DNA from: Eledone cirrhosa
Taxonomy: Eukaryota
NCBI GenBank assembly: GCA_964016885.1
Contig: OZ024762.1
Span: 10,540,001-10,604,000, forward strand
DNA: 64,000 nt
Reading direction: 5' to 3'
Below the pieces are notes generated by a model. It saw only the letters and a list, made by a program, of their open reading frames with translations, was not told the origin of the DNA and searched no databases. Each line of letters starts with the position of its first letter. Position 1 is the stretch's first letter. Of the stretch, positions 1-12,609 are shown one piece after another. Position numbers and translations under genes: made by a program.

Positions 1-1635
1 ACAAAGCTAACCTCGGCGGGATTTGAACTCAGATTGTAAAGAGACCTAACTCTATGCCTCACAGAATATCCAACGCTCTACCGATTCTGCCAATGTTGGA
101 ACCTGTAAGATTGATAAAAGAAAATCCAGAAACTGTTTACAATAAATAGAATGCCTCGCCCTAAAACAGACATAGAAGGACTTTATTTGATCCTCAATTA
201 AACATCAGAATGCTGAAAGGCAGCAATAAGCTGCCTTTCATCCTTCTGGGGTCGAAAAAAAAAATGAAGTACCAGTCAAATACTAGGGTCGATTTAATCA
301 AATTTGCCTTTCCTTCAACTTTTCTGACCTTGATCCTCAATTAAAAATCAATAATTATTGCCAAACTGTTAATAATTCCATGTCATCTTGTATTTTATTT
401 CTGTCTGTATTTATTTTCAGATCTGTTTCTGACTTGAAACAATGTCTGATTAATGCCCAGTGTAAAAAAAGTGCCAATCTACTTGGAAACGAATTCTGCC
501 TGGAAGGTTATATTTCTTTATTAGATGTCTTATCTTCGAGAGCGGGAATGGCTGTTCTTCCAGTGTTTCACTCACATCACCTCCCGGGGAATTGCCTTCT
601 CTATTCTGTCCACTGGGGTCGCGGAACGGCCAGCGCTTAAGTCCCACATTTGTTTATAATAATGGTTTCTTTGGCACAAGGCTATCAATTTATTTTTGTG
701 GGGGGTGGGGGGTCGATTAAATGGACCCCAGTGCGTGACTGGTAGTTTATTTTATCGACTCTGTAAGGATGAAAGGCAAAGTTAACCCCGGCGGGATTTG
801 AACTCAGATTATAAAGGGCCGTAACTCTGTGCTGCAAAGCATGGTGTCCGACTCTCTACCGATACTGCCAAATGGTTTCTTATTTAGGCACAGGGCCATC
901 AATTTTGGGGGAGAGGAAAGTCGATTAAATCGACTCCAGTGTATTACTGGTACTTTATTTTATCGACCCCGTAAGGATGAAAGTGAAAAGAGCTAAACTA
1001 ATCACGACAACTAAATTTACCAAATTTGCTTCCCTCCCCCAGCCCTTAATCTAGAAATGTTTCCATTGCCCCTGGTATTATAGGCTGTTTCAAAAATGTT
1101 TATGTCATGGCCTATTCCTAAGGTTAATGTATTAAAATATATATCATGTGTTAATGTCACAATTGTTTCTACTTTTGGCACAAGGCCAGCAATTATCCCA
1201 GTGTATTACTGGTACTTTATTTTATCAACCCTGTAAGGATGAAAGGCAAAGTTAACCTCGGCGGGATTTGAACTCAGACCGTAAAAGGCGCCCGACCCTC
1301 TACCGATACTGCCATTCCACCGTCCTCCATTTGTTTATAATAATTGTTTCTACTATTGGCACAAGGCCAGAAAATTACCCAGTACATTACTGGTACTTTA
1401 TTTTATCGACCCCGTAAGGATGAAAGGCAAAAATAATGCTTGTTTATAATAATTGTTTCTAGTTTTGGCACAAGGCCAGCAATTACCCAGTGTATTACTG
1501 GTATTTTATTTTATCAACCCCATAAGGATGAAAGGCAAAGTTAACCTCCGCGGGATTTGAACTCAGAATGGCAAGGGCCGTAACTCTATACGTCAAAGCA
1601 TGGCGTCCGACCCTCTACCGTTACTGCCAATCCAT
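1..1635 (-). mobile_element. Cluster of about 7 full or partial copies of a tRNA-derived SINE (SINE-A)
   Basis: Repeated GGCACAAGGCCAGCAATT...CTGGTACTTTATTTTATCGACCCCGTAAGGATGAAAGGCAAAGTTAACCTCGGCGGGATTTGAACTCAG...CTCTACCGATACTGCCAATCC. On the - strand the head has an A-box-like TGGCAGTATCGGTAG and a B-box GAGTTCAAATCC. One copy near 225-340 is on +. Confidence 0.85.
421..640 (+). other. Candidate exon (unique sequence after a strong acceptor); gene unknown
   Basis: TTTATTTTCAG acceptor at 420. One open frame runs SVSDLKQCLINAQCKKSANLLGNEFCLEG...TASA* to 640. No homology recognised. Confidence 0.25.
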
Positions 1636-1745
1636 GAGAAGTGGGGAGAGCGGGAGGGACGGACTTTGGGGCTTTTGTGTTCGGACCTTTTATTTCACAG
1701 ACACACACACACACTCGTGTATGTAGCTACACCTATGTTGATAAA

Positions 1746-1955
1746 GCAGTGACAGTGGGAGTTTGGTTCCTCTGTGTTCGGACCTAGTGTATATATGAGA
1801 GATGGGGGAGAGCGAGAGAGATGGAGGCAGTGACAGTGGGAGTTTGGTTCCTCTGTGTTCGGACCTAGTGTATATATGAGAGATGGGGGAGAGCGGGAGA
1901 GATGGAGACAGTGACAGTGGGAGTTTGGTTCCTCTGTGTTCGGACCTGGTGTATA
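1746..1955. repeat. 81-bp tandem repeat (~2.5 copies) followed by (TG)n
   Basis: Unit CAGTGACAGTGGGAGTTTGGTTCCTCTGTGTTCGGACC recurs at ~1746, 1827 and 1908. Confidence 0.85.
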
Positions 1956-1963
1956 TGTATATG

Positions 1964-2023
<60 letters not shown>

Positions 2024-2849
2024 TATATATGTGTGTGTGTATCAGACCTGCCAACGTCTAAAAACCAAAACGGGGAGAAATGAGGCAAAATGGGGACATT
2101 TTACATAAAAAAAGCTATACCCATTTTCACAAGAGAAGACATCTCTCACTCACCTCAGGGTGGGTGGGAGATCTCCCCGTGGGCAGGGGAGAGTTGACAG
2201 GTCTGACATATTAACCTCGTTAGTGCCGTAGACGAGATAACTCGTCCTAACAAGTTTGAACTCGTTTCAACAGTTCATAACTTGAAAGTCATAATGAAAA
2301 AGGGGATTGATAATTTCGTAATAATTCAAGTTTAGTAATAACAACAGTAGCAACAACAACCATGAACATACGTATTATATCTTATTGAAGTTTGACAATT
2401 GATTTTCGTTTTCCTTTTGTTCAGACTAAACTAACCAAACAAAAAGTTTCTTAGGAAAAAAGAAACATGAACTAACGACACATCATCCAGCTTTTCTCAT
2501 TTTTGGGGGGGTTTTCTTCACGAAGCGTTTCTCCAATAAAATTCTTGCAAAATTATTTTCTTTGTTCCTGTCACTTTTTGAATAAATTTTCAACAATAAT
2601 AGCTCTCGTAATTTAGGTGCCCAGTCCACAGTGTAAAGAACACCCAGTCCACAGTGTAAAGAACACCCAGTCCACAGTGTAAAGAACACCCAGTCCACAC
2701 TGTAAAGAACACCCCAAACCTGAAGTGCCAGTACCCAAGATACACGTTCAGTTCAATACTTATTATTTTTGGAACTAAAGGGTATATACCAACCCACCTG
2801 AACCAAAGTGTGACTAGATTTATGGGAAAAGAACACAGCTTTTTAATTC

Positions 2850-3252
2850 ATGAGGTTTCCTTAGTTAGGTGGCGAGTTTGAGAGAATTCTCATGTAGAAT
2901 TCTCTTGGAGTAATAGTAGTGAAAGAGTGAAGAATAACATGGTCGGCTGTATAAAAAAGGTTTTATTTACAGTATTAACAATTGTTTCATTGATCAGGTG
3001 AGTCTAAAGGCCGCTCATCACTCGAAATTGCGTCACTCGACCTTAAATACAGTGTGTGTTTCTGATCAAATCATCGGAATACTTTCACTATTATTACTCC
3101 AAGAATAACCTGTATGGGAATCCTCGTAAACTCACGACCTAACTAAGGAAACCTCTTGTTGAGTCAAACAACGCCGTACGTTATAACTATCCATAGTAGT
3201 ACAGAGTACTCACAACCTCTAACTGGATTTCCTAAAACGATAACTTGTTATC

Positions 3253-3255
<3 letters not shown>
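2850..3255. mobile_element. Fold-back element family E (Penelope-like end, degenerate hammerhead on -); related copy at 36390-36720
   Basis: Inverted arms GAGGTTTCCTTAGTTAGGT / ACCTAACTAAGGAAACCTC. The - strand reads GTGATGA...GAAACAATTGTT...AATAAA. Ends in (TA)n. Confidence 0.55.
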
Positions 3256-3331
<76 letters not shown>

Positions 3332-3454
3332 TTTTAATGCGATGAAATATCAATGATGGTTGGCAAATCACTGACGAAGGACTAATTTTATCATATGTAA
3401 CCCATGTGCAACCACGCAGTATTCTTCTTTCTTCTCATGTTTTTTATATATATA

Positions 3455-3520
<66 letters not shown>

Positions 3521-4000
3521 CGTACCGCCGGGAATGGAACTCACGACCTTACGATAGCGAATCGAATACGCCACTTCACAATGTGTAATATAGAAACCAA
3601 TGGTAAATTATTCAAAGAACGAACGCAGTCAATAATTCAATTTTCTAATTAATCCAATCTGCTAATATCCAATATCAGCAATAATTTTGAAGTATTGCCA
3701 TAGCTTATATCCGAGTTCAAATTATATGCATGTAGGTGTGTGTATATATATATACATACACACACATATATATATATGTATAGAATCATATATATATACA
3801 TAAATACATATGTATACATACATAATTATTCATATATGTATATATATGTATATATACTATATATATACTATATATATATATATATATATAGTTATTAATT
3901 CTGGCAATATTACGCAAATATGACCCTCCCCAAATATAACAATATCTGTTTCGACACACGATTTCATATAAAAAACCTCGCTAAACTAATTCATCGCCGC

Positions 4001-4033
<33 letters not shown>

Positions 4034-4096
4034 AGAATCATATATATATACATAAATACATATGTATACATACATAATTATTGATATATGTATATA

Positions 4097-4149
<53 letters not shown>

Positions 4150-4153
<4 letters not shown>

Positions 4154-4340
4154 AACCAGTAAGACCCCGACAGCTGAGCTCAAGCCGTTTCGACGGCTAA
4201 TTCTGGACTAAAGTCCATTTAGTCCAGAATTAGCCGTCGAAACGGCTTGAGCTCAGCTGTCGGGGTCTTACTGGTTCCTATTACCCACTCTACTACCTCA
4301 AGTATTGAGTACTTTGGTGCGTTATGGTCCACCTGGTTCC
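4150..4340 (+). mobile_element. Fold-back element family A in (TA)n; further copies at 7632-7828, 18551-18676, 22055-22245, 22625-22830, 27151-27530, 41445-41545 and 61985-62127
   Basis: Perfect ~63-bp inverted arms 4150-4280 (axis 4215) plus a one-sided tail TTACCCACTCTACTACC...CCTTCGTTA, flanked by (TA)n on both sides. Confidence 0.8.
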
Positions 4341-4358
4341 TTACCACATTTCCTTCGT

Positions 4359-4393
<35 letters not shown>

Positions 4394-4809
4394 ATGTTGC
4401 CTGTTCAGGTAATCAAAGTGTGTATACATTTTTTTTTACCCCCCACCCCCATATATATATATATAAATGAAAATGAAAATAGGGAAATTAATGTGAGCAA
4501 GAAGCCAACAGTATTTCATAATATATAAGTGACTATAACGTCAAGATGGAAAATATTTAACGTAAGATATGGGAAAATAATTCAAACTCAATTAAAAAAA
4601 AAAAAAAAAGACAAGACAGAAATTTTATCCACAGATTTTGTGAAATCCAGGGAAAAAACCAATAGAGTCTTAACTCAGAATAAAATTAAGGTTAAATACT
4701 CATCCATTCCGAAAAAAAAATCATCAAAAATGTATGGAGTTCAGCATATAGCAATATTATCACGTTTTTTTAAAAAAAAGACCAGGATTAGTCACAAATA
4801 ATTTCACCG

Positions 4810-4844
<35 letters not shown>

Positions 4845-4848
<4 letters not shown>

Positions 4849-5280
4849 TAAAATAACAGATTAAAGTTTAAGCAAGTGCCTTTTATTTCGATAATCCGCG
4901 AAAAGCTGACCACAAACAGGCTTTTATACCATAAACGTGGTTCTGTCTTTGCGTGTAATTGTTTTTCACCGCTCCTATTAATGACGTATTATATTCGTTT
5001 TTTTCCCGTTCTTTGCCAGCGAACGTTTCCACGAACCAAAGTATCGTCTTCCTGTCTTCCTCCGGTTGCAACGTTTTTTGAAATATCCACTTCTGCGTTT
5101 ACAGATTGACTTTGTTAGTTTCAGAAGATCCCGTTAAGGGTGAAAGCAGCGATTCTTTGCTTAAACTTTAATCTGTTATTTTAATAAATTTTTGCTCTAC
5201 GGTTCTTATATATTTGATATATATTTATCCTTATCGAGCCCTCTTTGGATTTTAGTCTTCAAATTTATTATTATTACTAT
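4845..5280 (+). mobile_element. (TA)n-inserted element family G with short 5' inverted end; fragments at 7390-7550 and 61390-61485
   Basis: TTATTAAAATAACAGATTAAAGTTTAAGCAA is inverted at ~5158-5187. Hammerhead-like CAGAAGA-TCCC GTTAA GGGT-GAAA at ~5122-5145. Confidence 0.55.
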
Positions 5281-6052
5281 ATATATATATATTTGCGGTG
5301 ACTGGTTAAAAGTTCGCCAGCTCAGCAAGGCAGATGTTAAAATGTTGGCAGTTCACCACTGAATACAGGTATTTATAGAGGAAGCCAGATTAAAGGTTGC
5401 GAAGCTGTTAAAATGTACGTACGATTAGAGATAACACGGGGAAAGCCTAGCAACTGGATCTTCATCAAGAGCAACGGATTACGTATGCATTAGAATCATA
5501 TACTGACGTAAAATCCACGGTCTATTTTGAGTTGCTTTTGCGTAGGAACACGTATTACAACAGAGTTGGGTATCAACACGTATTTTAGAGAGGTGTTGAA
5601 TACAAACGTGCATGTACGCACAAGTTTAACACAATCAAAAGGTCGCTTTGCTCATAGCCAAACGGACCTTCGCTGGGAAGGAGGGAGGGATGGAGGGAAG
5701 GATGGATGGATGGATGAGGGCGGACTGAAAAGTTCATAGGCTGACTATGAAGGAGTAATGCTAGAGCTATGAAATCTTGCATGCATTCGTTTCAACTCTT
5801 CTTATTAATAGCTGCAATTGTTTCTTTCCAGGGACTATGTTGAAAAATAAACCTCGTTTGGTCATTCCATGAGAGTATGTTGGTCACCCTATATATATAT
5901 ATATACATAGGCGTGTATATGCCTGGTGATCATGGCGAAAGAGGTCGAGTGTCGGACGTATTTGAAGGAGGTGAAAGACGAGCACTTTCCTCTTCAGCAT
6001 TCGGTAATCAGAAGGGATGTAGAGGTAAAAGCCAAACTCGCTATCTTCAAAT

Positions 6053-7015
6053 CGGTATTCGTGCCAACCCTTACCCATGGTTATAAATGAACTTTGGGTA
6101 ATGATCTAAAAAATACGATCTCGAATATAAGCAGCCGAAATGGGGTTCCTCCAAAAAGTCTTTGGAGTAATGTTACTCGATAAAGTGCATAGCTCAGGGA
6201 TCAGAGAGTCGTTCCAGGTAGAGCCGCTACTTCTCCAAATTGAGAGATCACAGCTCTGATATTATGGGCATGTGGTTAGAATGTCTCAGGAAAGAAACGC
6301 TGAACAGATTTGTAGCTCAGGGATCAGAGAGTCACTCCAGGTAGAGCCGCTACTTCTCCAAATTGAGAGATCACAGCTCTGATATTATGGGCATGTGGTT
6401 AGAATGTCTCAGGAAAGAAACGCTGAACAGATTTGTAGCTCAGGGATCAGAGAGTCACTCCAGGTAGAGCCGCTACTTCTCCAAATTGAGAGATCACAGC
6501 TCTGATATTTTGGGCATGTGGTTAGAATGTCTCAGGAAAGAATCGCTGGACAGATTTGTAGCTCAGGGATCAGAGAGTCACTCCAGGTAGAGCCGCTACT
6601 TCTCCAAATTGAGAGATCACAGCTCTGATATTTTGGGCATGTGGTTAGAATGTCTCAGGAAAGAATCGCTGGACAGATTTGTAGCTCAGGGATCAGAGAG
6701 TCACTCCAGGTAGAGCCGCTACTTCTCCAAATTGAGAGATCACAGCTCTGATATTTTGGGCATGTGGTTAGAATGTCTCAGGAAAGAATCGCTGGACAGG
6801 TTTTACGGGTAAAACCAACCGGCAGAAGACCCAAGGTAGACCTCGAGTAAGATGGCTGGATAACATCCATGAGCTTTGCTGGTCACACTTGGGGATCCGG
6901 CCATATCAGTTGGAGACGGTTGCTTCTGACAGGACCAGTTGGGCTGAGAGTTTGAAGACTCTGCCCTCACCACGACTCTCTAAGGAATGTAGAAGAAGAA
7001 GAAGAAGAAGAAGAA
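6053..7015 (+). mobile_element. RTE-clade LINE 3' fragment with internal 123-bp x5 tandem amplification and (GAA)n tail; related fragments at 8780-9200, 12065-12610, 24830-24955 and 33640-33760
   Basis: Translates as SSGIRESLQVEPLLLQIERSQL*YYGHVVRMSQER, typical of the post-RT region of RTE elements. Units start at 6190, 6313, 6436, 6559 and 6682. Confidence 0.8.
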
Positions 7016-7214
7016 GGTTTTGCTTGGAGAGTAAAAAATCAGGATAAAGATGGAAGTACCGCCTTCCTGTTAGTTAGTTCAAAGGTGGGTTAGATTGGCG
7101 AGCAAGGCGCAAGTGAATGGGTCCGTCATGAGAGTGTGCGCCTGTAGCTAGGGGGAAGACAACTGGGAGGGAAGCGCACGTGTGTGCTAGTGTATATGTG
7201 TCTGTGTGTCTTAC

Positions 7215-7285
7215 CAACATTGTATGTGTGAACAAAACTCCACAAAAGCTTGCTTCGTTCAGGCATTTAACTTGAACAAAACAAT
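7215..7285 (-). other. Candidate 71-nt exon of a minus-strand transcript
   Basis: TTTATTCTTTTTTTAG acceptor and TTG|GTAAGA donor on -. Unique sequence; no recognisable protein. Confidence 0.35.
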
Positions 7286-7343
7286 CTAAAAAAAGAATAA
7301 AAATTCGATACATTAGTCACCCGCACAACGTCTGGGACTGCTA

Positions 7344-7376
<33 letters not shown>

Positions 7377-7883
7377 GTAATAATAATAATAATAGTAATA
7401 AAAATAAATGTGAAGACTAAAATCCAAAGAGGGCTTGATAGGGATAAATATATATTAAGTATATAAGAACCTAGAGCAAATATTTATTAAAATAACAGAT
7501 TAAAGTTTAAGCAGAGAATCGCAGCTTTCACCCTTAACGGGAACTTTAGAATATATATATATATATATACACATACATATATCTATCTATCTATATATAT
7601 ATACATACATATATATATATATATATACATATAGGAACCAGTAAGACCCCGACAGCTGAGCTCAAGCCGTTTCGACGGCTAATTCTGGACTCAGAATTGG
7701 ACCGTCGAAACGGCTTGAGCTCAGCTGTCGGGGTCTTACTGGTTCCTATTACCCACTCTACTACCTCAAGTATTGAGTACTTTGGTGCGTTATGGTCCAC
7801 CTGGTTCCTTACCACATTTCCTTCGTTATATATACATATATATATATATACATATATACATATATATATATGTATATATATAC

Positions 7884-7927
<44 letters not shown>

Positions 7928-8078
7928 GTATATATATACATATATATATATGTATATATATACATATATATTCATGTATGCATCAATATATATATGTATG
8001 TATCAATATATATATGTATGTATATATATATATGTATGTATATATATATATATGTATGTATATATATATATATGTATG

Positions 8079-8156
<78 letters not shown>

Positions 8157-8297
8157 CACATATATATATATATACATAAATATATATATGCATATATATA
8201 TACATATATATATATATGTACATAAATATATGTGTGTGTATATATATATATGTATATATATATACATATATATATACATATATGTATATATATATAC

Positions 8298-8386
<89 letters not shown>

Positions 8387-8670
8387 CATCTCACATCAGA
8401 TGTGAGAAAAACCACAGACCCTCCATCTCAACTTTACTTTTGAAAAGCAGAAGAACTGCGAAACCGGTAAAGGAACCAAATAAATATATATATATTTAAA
8501 AAAAAAAAAGACTCCAGTTGCATTTTCGATTTAATATTTTTTTCTTTATACTTTCACTCGTGTAGGACACCTCGGTTATTTTTCATTTTGTAAAAAAAAC
8601 CTCACTTTCTAATATAGTCCTGCAGGATGTCCAAAACCACCCTCCTCACCAAGAAACCTTGGTGGGGTTG

Positions 8671-8748
8671 CCAGTTTAGTCGCCAACGACCCGACCATGG
8701 GACAGGTTGTACTGGGATTCATGTTACCAGTAGCACCAACTGGTGACC
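8671..8748 (-). ncRNA. HDV-like ribozyme-shaped 5' end of an RTE-type element (probably degenerate)
   Basis: The - strand reads GGTCAC...CCAGT ACA ACCTGT CCC ATGGTC GG GTCG TTGG CGAC TAA ACTGG, giving P2 CCAGT/ACTGG, P1.1 CC/GG, a P4 hairpin and J4/2 CTAA. The element starts here, next to (AT)n. P3 does not pair well. Confidence 0.4.
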
Positions 8749-9173
8749 TGATATATATATATATATACACGCACACACAATTGGGTAATGACCGAGAGAA
8801 TACAAGTGGCTGAAATGGGGTCCCCCGAAGGGTCTTTTGAGTAAGGTTACTCGATAGAGTGCGTAACTTGGAGATCAGAGAGTCACTTGAAGTAGAGCCG
8901 CTACTTCTTCGAATTGAGGGATCACAGCTCCGATACTGTGGTCATGTGGTTATAATGTCTCAGGAAAGAATCGCTAGGTAGGTTTTACGGGCAAAACGAA
9001 CTGGCTAGAGACCCAAGGGGTAGACCCATCCGAGCAAGATGGTTGGATAACATCCATGAGCTTGTCTGGTCCCGTTTGGGGGATCCAGCCGGATCAGTTA
9101 GAGACGGTTACTTCTAACAGGACCCTGCTGACAGGCGTGTTTGAGGACTCTTCCTCCACGACGACCCTCTCAA

Positions 9174-9204
<31 letters not shown>

Positions 9205-9370
9205 GGCCAGACTGCCTCGTGGTCCTGCTGCACAGGACGGAACAGCCACTCAGAGCGGGGCAAAAATCCTATACTTTTGGTCCGAAAAACTTAAAACCCG
9301 TCAATTAATTCTTTTCAGTAATTTTCCCCCAGAGATATCATTAAGTTTGCACCGTGTTAAATAAATTACC

Positions 9371-9579
9371 TTTTTTGTGTGATATTTAAATAAAATGTCA
9401 TTTATTCTCTTGTGACTTTTATTCCTACGATGCGTTTTTATATATTTCTCGATCCATCTAATTCTGGATATTGATGGATGGTCACTGAGGTATTGATTTT
9501 GATGATAAGCCTTCAAGATCAGCAGTGACCACTGAGTGACCACAAAATTACTACAAAGTGACCACAATGTGAATTAAAG
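9371..9579 (-). other. Candidate (probably non-coding) exon of the same minus-strand transcript
   Basis: CTTTTGTTTAG acceptor and AAG|GTAATT donor on -. All frames are interrupted when joined to 7285-7215. Confidence 0.3.
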
Positions 9580-9954
9580 CTAAACAAAAGCAACGTCATT
9601 ACCGCAACTTCTTCGTCACCACAAAAGTTCATATACATATATACACACGCACACACACATTATATATATACATATATGTGTGTATGTGTGTGTGTTATAC
9701 AATAGCACATTATACATATACATATCTAAGTATTTCGCCCACAGGCAAACACACGCGGCCCTACACCACCACACCACCATTCCCCTCCCCTACACACTCC
9801 TTTTGTTTAACAGGATTTCTGAGAATCTCTATATCCTACTTTTATTGCGTCTGTTTAATTTCAACAATTGTGAAACACTTTTATCGTTTTTGCCTTAAAA
9901 TAGCTAAAAATATGTAGTTTTAATGCGAGAGCTACAAATATTACGTGACTGAAG

Positions 9955-10000
9955 TTGGGAGGAAAATGGCCGCCATGGCGTGTAGGCGTTGACTGTGACT
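9955..10000. promoter_or_regulatory. Candidate (bidirectional) promoter with overlapping YY1-like motifs
   Basis: AAAATGGCCGCCATGGCG in a locally GC/CpG-richer patch. A + donor AAG|GTAAAT lies at ~10926 and candidate - exons lie at 9579 and 7285. Confidence 0.35.
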
Positions 10001-10029
10001 GCTGCCGTCGTTGTGCTGTTCGCTGCCTG

Positions 10030-10910
10030 CTATTGTTCGCTGCTGTGGTTGTTGTGGTAGTTCTAGTGCTACCTGCTGCAGTTGTTGTATGCTGTTGTAG
10101 TTGCAGTTGTGGTCGCTTCAGTTGTGATTGTCGCTGCTGTAGTTGTAGTGCAGTTTGTTGTATGCAGTTGTGGTTGCTGTTGTAGTTGTGGTGCAGTTTG
10201 TTGTATGCTGTTGTGGTTGCTGTTGTAGTTGTGGTGCAGTTTGTTGTATGCTGTTGTAGTTGTAGCGGTGGTCGCTGCAGTTGTGATTATCGCTGGTGTA
10301 GTTGTGGTGCAGTTTGTTGTATGCTGTTGTAGTTGTAGTGGTGGTCGCTGCAGTTGTGATTGTCGCTGCTGTAGTTGTGGTGCAGTTTGTTGTATGCTGT
10401 TGTAGTTGTAGCGGTGGTCGCTGCAGTTGTGATTGTCGCTGGTGTAGTTGTAGTGCAGTTTGTTGTAGCTGTTGTTATGCTGTTGTAGTTTCAGTGGTAT
10501 TCGCTGCAGTTGTGATTGTCGTTGCTGTAGTTGTGGTGCAGTTTGTTGTATGCAGTTGTGGTTGCTGTTGTAGTTGTGGTGCAGTTTGTTGTATGCTGTT
10601 GTAGTTGTAGTGGTGGTCGCTGCAGTCGTGATTGTCGCTGGTGTAGTTGTAGTGCAGTTTGTTGTATGCTGTTGTAGTTGTAGTGGTGGTCGCTGCAGTT
10701 GTGATTGTCGCTGCTGTAGTTGTGGTGCAGTTTGTTGTAGCTGTTGTGTGCTGTTATAATTGCAGTTGTGGTCACTGCAGTTGTGTTTGTTGTAGTTACA
10801 ATTGTTGCAGTTGTGGTGCTGCTTGTTGTAGTTGTGGTGGTAAACACAGCAGTTGTAATAGTCACTGTTGTTGTAGTTGTAGCAAATGTGATAGTCGCTA
10901 TAGTTGTGGG
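10030..10910. repeat. GTT/GTA-rich compound minisatellite (~73-bp unit)
   Basis: GTAGTTGTGGTGCAGTTTGTTGTATGCTGTTGTAGTTGTAGTGGTGGTCGCTGCAGTTGTGATTGTCGCTG repeated with sub-repeats. Confidence 0.85.
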
Positions 10911-11014
10911 TCTTGCGCCGTCAAGGTAAATATCAGGAGGTAACTGGTCATTTCCTGTTTGGTGTTTCTCGCCATCGTGATCTCCTGGCCAGCTTTGATT
11001 GTAAGGCCGATTAG

Positions 11015-11395
11015 TAAAGTCTTTAGAAAGTTCTGGGTACGACTTAGCACAGCAGAGACTTTAGAAAGTTCTGGGTAAAATTAGCAGAGTCTTTAGAAAG
11101 TTTTGGATGAGAATTAGAATAGCAGGGCCTTTAGAATGTTTTGGGTACGACTTAGCATAGCAGGGACTTCATAAAGTTCTGGGTACGAATTAGGATAGCT
11201 GGAACTTTAGAAAGTTCTGAGTACGACTTAGCAGATTGTTTAGAAAGTTCTGGGTACGACTTAGCATATGAGGGTCCTTAGAAAGTTCTGGGTACGACTT
11301 AACAGAGACTTTAGAAAGTTTTGGGTACGACTTAGCATAGTGTTTAGAAAGTTCTGGGTACGAATTAACAGAATGTTTAGAAAGTTCTGGATGCG
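11015..11395. repeat. ~37-42-bp minisatellite, ~10 copies
   Basis: CTTTAGAAAGTTCTGGGTACGACTTAGCA repeated. Confidence 0.85.
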
Positions 11396-11823
11396 AATCT
11401 CACCGAAGTCAAGTTAAACCTTTCATTCGCTCGCAAGTCGATACAATGAGTGCAGCACTGGAGTCTGTACTTCTCCCTCCCACTTATTCCCTCCCATCAC
11501 CTATCTCACCCACCCATAGTGTATCTATGATTACCTTATCGCTATAGTGTCACAGGGCACCAACTATCTCATTATCAATATGTCAAAGTGTACATTGGAC
11601 TACATTATTCAATGTGCCTATCCCATTTTAAAGACCGTAAAACATGATTTGATGGAACTTTAGCTGCTACTTCTATCATGTCAATAGACTGCATACCTTC
11701 TTCAGATTTGTGGGGAGTGGAATTATCGTTCGATTCTACAGGAAAACATACGAGAAAAAAGCCGCCCCAAAAAATTGTTTAAAACGAAATTTAAATATTT
11801 CCAGCGTTTAATTCCTTTTTATA

Positions 11824-12043
11824 TACGAGGGGCTGCTGAAACGTCCAGGCTTTGGGTAAAAGAAAATTCAGGAGGATCAGTTAATTATGATTTTATACAA
11901 CATATTCCCCCTCTCAGATTCACACACTTATTGCAGCGGTCCTTCAGTTTCTCTAAGTCCTGTAAAGTGAACTGGGACGAAGGGCCTCCAACCAGGGCCC
12001 TGTGATACCCTCAAAGCCCGGATATTTTCAGCACTTCCCTGTA
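11824..12043. mobile_element. Tc1/mariner-type MITE; another mariner-like end at ~5715-5880
   Basis: TA-bounded imperfect TIRs TACGAGGGGCTGCTGAAACGTCCAGGCTTTG / CAAAGCCCGGATATTTTCAGCACTTCCCTGTA. Confidence 0.7.
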
Positions 12044-12609
12044 TCTGTATAGATATGTCCAATACGGTATTCGTGCCAACCCTTACCAATGCCCATGATT
12101 ATAGGGTAATAACCGAAAGAATACGATCGTGAATACAAGCGTCCGAAATGGGGTTCCTCCGAAGGGTCTTTGGAATAATGTTACTCGATAGAGTGCGTAG
12201 CTGAGGGCTGAAGGAGTCGCCCCAGGTAAAGCCGCTACTTCTATGAATTGGGAGATCACATCTTCGACACCATGGATTCCTCCGAAGGGACTTTGGAGTA
12301 ACGTTACTTGATAGAGTGTGTAAGCTTAGGGATCAGAGAGTCACTCCAGGTAGAGCCGCTACTTCTCCGAGAGATTACAGGTCCGATACTATGGACATGT
12401 GGTGAAAAATTTCTCCGGAAAGAATCGCTGGATAGATTTGATTTTACGGGTAAAGCCAACCAGTAGATTCCCGAGCAAGACGGTTGGATATCTTCCATGA
12501 GCTTGGCTGGTCTCGCTTGGGGATCTAGTCGGATCAGTTTGAGACGGTTGCTTATGACAGGCGTTCTTAAGGACTCTACCCCTAAGACCCTCCCAAGAAG
12601 AAGAAGAAG

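Noticed and set aside
535-651. Possible H/ACA snoRNA (ACATCA H-box-like, terminal ACA-TTT)
   Set aside because: Hairpins could not be paired convincingly and no known family match was recognised.
9955-10943. Cys-rich metallothionein/keratin-like ORFs
   Set aside because: The ~73-bp unit is not a multiple of 3, so frames shift and stop; simple-repeat origin.
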